Below, in pieces: positions 59,149 through 64,000 of a DNA stretch of 64,000 nucleotides. Each line of letters begins with the position of its first letter. Within the stretch, counting starts at the first letter, position 1. The notes below the pieces were generated by a model. That model saw nothing but the letters and a program-made list of their open reading frames with translations, was not told where the DNA came from and made no database searches. The translations under genes and the position numbers were made by a program. The DNA is from an uncultured archaeon. Lineage in GTDB: Archaea > Asgardarchaeota > Thorarchaeia > Thorarchaeales > Thorarchaeaceae. The stretch is taken from positions 288,001 through 352,000 of the forward strand of contig CAZLEV010000002.1 of NCBI GenBank assembly GCA_964558645.1, in the 5' to 3' direction.

Positions 59149-59805
59149 ATGTATTCGTTTGAAGAGATAGACATAGTAGGGCAAGCTGGTGAAGTCCCCA
59201 ATGAGTATCTGCAGCTGAAGACGGACTCAAACAGATATGCAATCACTTTTCCGGGTAGAGGCTACACGACTCAGGCCCCCCTGCTATACTACACAAACAG
59301 ATTCTTGCTTCACAGTGGAATCAACGTCTTGAACATCAACTATGACTACTCAAACAATCATGAGTTTGCGGCCAAGAGCCAAGAAGAACAGATGGAGTGG
59401 CTAAGAGGTGACGCCCTTGCAGCTTACAGGGCCGCAGAGGAACAGCTGGACGCAAGGCCCTATTGCCTAATAGGGAAATCTCTGGGTACGATTGCCCTGG
59501 CGTACGTCCTTGACGGAATTCCCTCCTCCCGCAATCTCAGATTCGTCTGGCATACTCCATTGATTCTGCTGCCTCAGATTCAGAAGGCTCTGAAGGTTTA
59601 TACGCCAGAGTCATTGTTCGTGATCGGTACGAAAGACCCGCACTACGATGAGAGCATACTGTCGGAACTTGTGAAAGAAGTAGACGGCATGAAGGTAGTC
59701 ATCGAAGGCGCAAACCACGGATTGGAGGTCTCGACTGACCCCAAGGAGCTCTTGCAGGTCATAGAACAGGTGCTCCGAGGCTTGGAACGGTACTTCGATG
59801 CTTGA
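59149..59805 (+). CDS. Alpha/beta hydrolase
   Basis: PG.GY, GKSLG, GT.D and GANH motifs. Confidence 0.85.
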   Translation: MYSFEEIDIVGQAGEVPNEYLQLKTDSNRYAITFPGRGYTTQAPLLYYTNRFLLHSGINVLNINYDYSNNHEFAAKSQEEQMEWLRGDALAAYRAAEEQLDARPYCLIGKSLGTIALAYVLDGIPSSRNLRFVWHTPLILLPQIQKALKVYTPESLFVIGTKDPHYDESILSELVKEVDGMKVVIEGANHGLEVSTDPKELLQVIEQVLRGLERYFDA

Positions 59806-59839
59806 TGCAACGTACCAAGTTGTTGAAACGTGAACTCCT

Positions 59840-60232
59840 TTACTGTTTCCCCTTTATCGCCAAGAAATCCTCAAGGAAGAGCAGACCAAATAGCAGGTCA
59901 CCGGTAACAACCACCAAGACCAGAAGTGATGCCTCCGCAAGGAGGAAATAGTACAGCCCAATCACGAAAACCCAGCACTTCTCGAAGATGGCTATCTGGA
60001 CGAGGCCATGGTTCTCAGCAGTGCTTCTGCTGATGAGGTAGAATCCAATACCGAAACCAAAGACGAGCCCCATGAAGCAATCAAACCACAGCATGGTTGG
60101 TGGAATTGTATCCCCTGCCAAGAAGAAATAGCTAATATCTATACGCGGCAAGGCGAGGAAAACAACAGCGAGAAACCAGTTCCAGACCGCTGCGGCGAGG
60201 TACATGTACTTGTGATATCTCTCTCGGTCCAC
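59840..60232 (-). CDS. Four-TM membrane protein
   Basis: Hydrophobic from about V51 of the ORF call; start uncertain (up to 60382). Confidence 0.65.
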   Translation of the reverse strand: MDRERYHKYMYLAAAVWNWFLAVVFLALPRIDISYFFLAGDTIPPTMLWFDCFMGLVFGFGIGFYLISRSTAENHGLVQIAIFEKCWVFVIGLYYFLLAEASLLVLVVVTGDLLFGLLFLEDFLAIKGKQ

Positions 60233-60484
60233 GTGAATCCCTTCGGAGGGGGCAATGGCATATCCTAGATATAACTCCAGTGCCTCTACAAGGAGACCAG
60301 GGAGCGAGGGATTCATCTCTGAATCAACAGACGGACGCCATATCTCTCCTTTCCAGAGAACATCCAACCGTAAATGGGCCATGGGCTTGACGAAATCGTG
60401 TTTGATCTACAGAGATTCACAGAAGAATGAGATATCATAGAGTCCCAAAACGCCGACTATGTGATGAGCGGATTCTAAAGAGAT

Positions 60485-61411
60485 TCAGAGAAGTATCTGC
60501 ATGTGCTTTGCAGTTGAAAGGTTATTCTTAGGTGCTTCAAGTTTCGGATCCAGTTTCAGGGCACGATTGAAGCACTCTATGGCACGTTTGACCTCACCCT
60601 TTTCTCGCAGTAACACACCCAGGTTATTCCATCCTCGGGGGTCATCAGGAGCGGACGCAGTATACTCTTCCATAAAGGGAAGGGCAGCAGACCAGCGCTC
60701 CATGAACCAAAGGCTGTTTGCCAAACGTAGAAGAACAAGAGGACGGTCCCAATCAATGGCAAGGCACAGTCTGTAGAACTCGATTGCACGTTCGTAGTTT
60801 TCTGCTTCGTAGCAGATATCCCCCACCTTCGCTGCGGCGTCGCAAGAGTCAGAATCGAGCTCCATGGCCACATTCAGACTGATACAGGCCGCGTTGTATT
60901 GCGACTTACGTGCCTGACAGATGCCTCTCATCTCCCATACCTCGGCCACATCATCGTCCAGTTCAATGATTGAGGAGGTTGTTCTCAGAACCTTACTGCA
61001 TAAGTTCAACCTGAATGCAGTCCGGGCCAGAATGAGAAGAGTATCGAGATTATCTCCACCCTTCTTGGTGTAGTCCTCAAGGACGGAGAGGGCCTCCTCA
61101 AGACAACCCTCCGAGTACTCCAGATTGCCCAGATATGCAAGAGAGGATATCCTTTCAGAGTTCAAGGAAACAGCTCTTTGCAGACATTCTCGCGCACGAC
61201 TAGCTTCCCCTGTTCTAATCGAGAGAACTCCGAGTTGTTCCCAGGCCTCATCATAGGAGGGAGATAACCTCACTGCTTCTTGGAGCGAATCAATAGCTGC
61301 ATCTATCTGGTCAAACTGATGGAATTGCATCGCTCGTTGATAGTAAGCTGCTGCCTCTTCCCTTTGTTCCTCATGCACGTCCATCCAACATCCATCCCGG
61401 GAACTATGCAC
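60485..61411 (-). CDS. TPR repeat protein
   Basis: Multiple TPRs, for example WNNLGVLL...G....AIECFNRALKLDP. Confidence 0.88.
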   Translation of the reverse strand: MHSSRDGCWMDVHEEQREEAAAYYQRAMQFHQFDQIDAAIDSLQEAVRLSPSYDEAWEQLGVLSIRTGEASRARECLQRAVSLNSERISSLAYLGNLEYSEGCLEEALSVLEDYTKKGGDNLDTLLILARTAFRLNLCSKVLRTTSSIIELDDDVAEVWEMRGICQARKSQYNAACISLNVAMELDSDSCDAAAKVGDICYEAENYERAIEFYRLCLAIDWDRPLVLLRLANSLWFMERWSAALPFMEEYTASAPDDPRGWNNLGVLLREKGEVKRAIECFNRALKLDPKLEAPKNNLSTAKHMQILL

Positions 61412-61735
61412 GGGATTCCCGTGCCCGAGAGCCTCATCGATATCTTCTTTGCCTGGGTCTTTTATAACTGACTAGCATAATCATATTCTTTACTAGTGCA
61501 ATTCGAGTTCAGTATAGGAGAGTTTGCACCAGTAGGAGCACACTCTTTGGCCTCATAAGCCATCCAATGTCACATGGCATCAACTGTCTCTCTCCCCACA
61601 CTCCACCTAGAGATGCACGATAGACTTACATAATATTTTATCGCATCTCCTATTAGAACGGGTCTGAACCGAACCTGCTCGTTGATGCCTGAATAAGGCA
61701 TTGCCGCCACAAAGACCCAGTCTAGACCCCACCGA

Positions 61736-62122
61736 ATGGAGTGTTCTTGCCAGATGAAATCACAAGTAGCCGGGAGCTTGGATGAAGTGCAAGCGTGCAA
61801 ATGCGGTAGGTGTGGATGTGTCGTTGTATACTCCGGAAACCATTGTATATTCTGTGAAATGACAATCGAGATGGTATGCGATCTTCTCAAGGAGTTCTCT
61901 ATGGGGGTTGAGGGTGTGGTGATTGTTGATATTGAGAAAGGATGCAGTTGTGGATGCTCGGCGGAGGTGACAGCTCTGCCTGCAGTGAGAGTTTGTGACC
62001 AAACAGTCGTTGGACTCCCGGACAGGACAAGCCTCAGAGAATTGCTGATTAATGCGATGATGAGCGACTGCTTCCATCAGACTTGGGACTTGATGGCGCT
62101 CCACTGTTCCCCACAAGTATAA
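61736..62122 (+). CDS. Small Cys-rich thioredoxin-fold protein
   Basis: CIFC motif followed by V.ALP.V......VG.P. Confidence 0.6.
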   Translation: MECSCQMKSQVAGSLDEVQACKCGRCGCVVVYSGNHCIFCEMTIEMVCDLLKEFSMGVEGVVIVDIEKGCSCGCSAEVTALPAVRVCDQTVVGLPDRTSLRELLINAMMSDCFHQTWDLMALHCSPQV

Positions 62123-62138
62123 GACTGACCAGGTCTCA

Positions 62139-62594
62139 TTAGAAATCGAGTCTCAGAGTTTCCCACTTCACTCTGCCGGCCTCTACAGCCTCCTTAATCC
62201 GTCGCTCAGTCTTGTTCAGAGAAGCGTTACCAGTCTTTATGTCGGCAAGAACTACCGTTATTGGCCTGTCAAGGTTACCGTCCTTCACGGCAGTATACCC
62301 GTCGAAGATAAGATAGTCGATAGGAGCGCCGATGAATCGTGCATCAGAGGGATCATAGCGAAATATGTCGCTCAGTAATGGAACCATGTGTTCGGCAATC
62401 TTTCCCTTCAACACGTAGCGACTTCTGTTCGCGGCGTCTTTTCGTATCGAGGACTCCTGCTCCGCCCATAGCTGTCTGAACTCAGCCTCTACAACATCGA
62501 TTCGTTGACGGAGGCGCATCTTCATGGCAAAATAGACGACCACTGCAACTAGCAATCCAGCGACGAGTCCAAGAATCATATCCTCAATAGGCAT
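62139..62594 (-). CDS. Membrane-anchored Holliday-junction-resolvase-like endonuclease (Endonuc_Holl)
   Basis: DA..RSR.VLKGK.AEH..P, RFIG.PIDY.IFDG and DIKTG motifs. Confidence 0.88.
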   Translation of the reverse strand: MPIEDMILGLVAGLLVAVVVYFAMKMRLRQRIDVVEAEFRQLWAEQESSIRKDAANRSRYVLKGKIAEHMVPLLSDIFRYDPSDARFIGAPIDYLIFDGYTAVKDGNLDRPITVVLADIKTGNASLNKTERRIKEAVEAGRVKWETLRLDF

Positions 62595-62905
62595 GACTCT
62601 ATGTCATGCTGCGAGAATATAATCCCCCGTAATTGTCAGATATTCGCTGGGCATTATGTGAACCAAGAGAGGACCGAAATCCCATCCATTTGGTCGGGAG
62701 AATTGGCGATGGCTGCGAACTCCTGACTGTGAAATATCCGAGTTCTCACACTCATGGACCTTGGCCCGAAACTATCGATACGGAGAGTCTGGAGTGGGGA
62801 TTTGGAAGAGAATGATGACTGAAGGAACCACTTCAAAGGATTGAGATAGAGATATGAAGAGCACGACTTAAGAGCATTGAAACACTGAATCACTGATGAT
62901 TTCCG

Positions 62906-63949
62906 ATGCCCAGTGACGTGTTTGAAACTCTGAAGCTGCTGTCAGAAACACCTGGTCCCGTAGGACGTGAGGAAGAGGTCCAGAAGAAGTTCATCTCTCA
63001 TATTGAACCATATTGTGGAAAGATAAGACAGGATAAGATTGGGAATGTAGTCGCAACACTGGCGGGCTCAGAGAAGCATTTTGCCATTGTGGCTCATGCT
63101 GATGAGGTGGGCTTCCTTATTTCAGCGATTGATTCGAACGGGTTCATGAAAACAAAGTGGAACACGCAGGGCTACATGCCAGACCTGAGATTGCTGCCAG
63201 GTCAGCGAGTTCTCATCATGACTGATCAGGGGCAAGTACCTGGCTGTTTCTGCGTCAAGACTGCCCACATTGCAGGAGCAAAGGGAAAGAAGAAGATTCC
63301 CGACTACGATGAGATCTTTCTTGATGCAGGGGAAGACTCAGATGTGGACATAGCAGAGCGGGGGATTAGGATTGGAGACCCCGCAATCTATGATACTAGC
63401 TTGCAGCAGATTGGGAAGAACTGGGTTGGCAAGGCGATAGATGACCGTGTGGGGCTTACAGTCATGATAGAGCTTGCAGGAAGACTCTCAGGACTGGAAA
63501 TCAGTCAACGGCCCACTGTCACGTTCGTGAGCACTGTCATGGAAGAACTCGGAGCCAAGGGCGCTGCCGCTGTAGCCGACGGACTGGATGTTGACGGAGT
63601 CATTGTCCTTGACATAGGTCTTGCAGACGACTACCCGGGAACCTGTGGGGAGGCGAATGTAGCGCTGGGAGAAGGCCCTGTCGTTGTTGTGAAAGATAAC
63701 CAGATGCACTACTCACACCATCTCAATAAGCTAGTCTACCAGGCCGCACAGAACAGGGGCATACCCGTGCAACGCGCAGTCTATCACAACTACGCAACGG
63801 ACGGTCAGAAGATTGCAAGCAGGGGGCAGAGAGTTTCTGCGATTGGTGTTCCCTGCAGGTACTCTCACAGTAGCTTTGAAACCATCGATCCAGAGGACCT
63901 TGATTGGACAATTCAGCTGGTAGAAGAGCTCCTTATGAGCAGGGCGTAG
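62906..63949 (+). CDS. M42 family aminopeptidase
   Basis: AHADEVG, GKAIDDR, EELG, TDG and RYSHS..E motifs. Confidence 0.92.
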   Translation: MPSDVFETLKLLSETPGPVGREEEVQKKFISHIEPYCGKIRQDKIGNVVATLAGSEKHFAIVAHADEVGFLISAIDSNGFMKTKWNTQGYMPDLRLLPGQRVLIMTDQGQVPGCFCVKTAHIAGAKGKKKIPDYDEIFLDAGEDSDVDIAERGIRIGDPAIYDTSLQQIGKNWVGKAIDDRVGLTVMIELAGRLSGLEISQRPTVTFVSTVMEELGAKGAAAVADGLDVDGVIVLDIGLADDYPGTCGEANVALGEGPVVVVKDNQMHYSHHLNKLVYQAAQNRGIPVQRAVYHNYATDGQKIASRGQRVSAIGVPCRYSHSSFETIDPEDLDWTIQLVEELLMSRA

Positions 63950-64000
63950 ATTGAATATCCTAGTCACACCATACCTGATATAAAGCAGACACAGCAGCAC

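Noticed and set aside
2041-63911. Numerous short antisense or alternative-frame ORFs in the track
   Set aside because: They are shadows of well-supported genes, expected in GC-rich coding DNA.

Overview
Archaeal DNA, probably from an Asgard archaeon (Thorarchaeota-like). This is inferred from the archaeal uS19, the SAMP-like protein, AOR and the general gene content, not from a search. From 1 to 7 kb are mostly core genes (etfAB, phosphohexomutase, TPR protein, a lone rps19). The main observation is that the 3' end of rps19 appears to be a repeatedly used integration site. Recoded or decayed copies of the last codons of rps19 (..SPGIGATKSSAYVPLK*) recur at about 10.35, 18.1, 23.3, 25.2 and 51.9 kb. 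Nearly every copy is followed by the 3' tip of one particular convergent gene, and further tips of that gene occur at 7.1, 20.8 and 24.1 kb. These paired scars separate blocks of unrelated cargo: a three-gene PD-(D/E)XK nuclease operon, surface proteins, an SRAP remnant and possibly a 26-kb catabolic block. One unit retains a complete, translationally coupled, largely GC-rich three-gene module: a membrane-anchored HerA/VirB4-like ATPase, a 1242-aa acidic/multi-HTH/double-LAGLIDADG protein, and a 217-aa protein that is probably a tandem winged-helix protein. I recognised no integrase or transposase in the window, which suggests a homing-nuclease-driven element that accumulates in tandem at rps19. 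From 25.5 to 51 kb are anaerobic catabolic genes (kdgK/eda with a dehydratase-like glycyl radical enzyme, GlcD/HdrD-like pair, two DUF917 proteins, hydantoin racemase, LLM oxidoreductase, AOR). From 52 to 64 kb are hydrolases, small membrane proteins, a secreted EEP protein with three lamin-tail domains, and an M42 peptidase. No rRNA, tRNA or CRISPR array was recognised.
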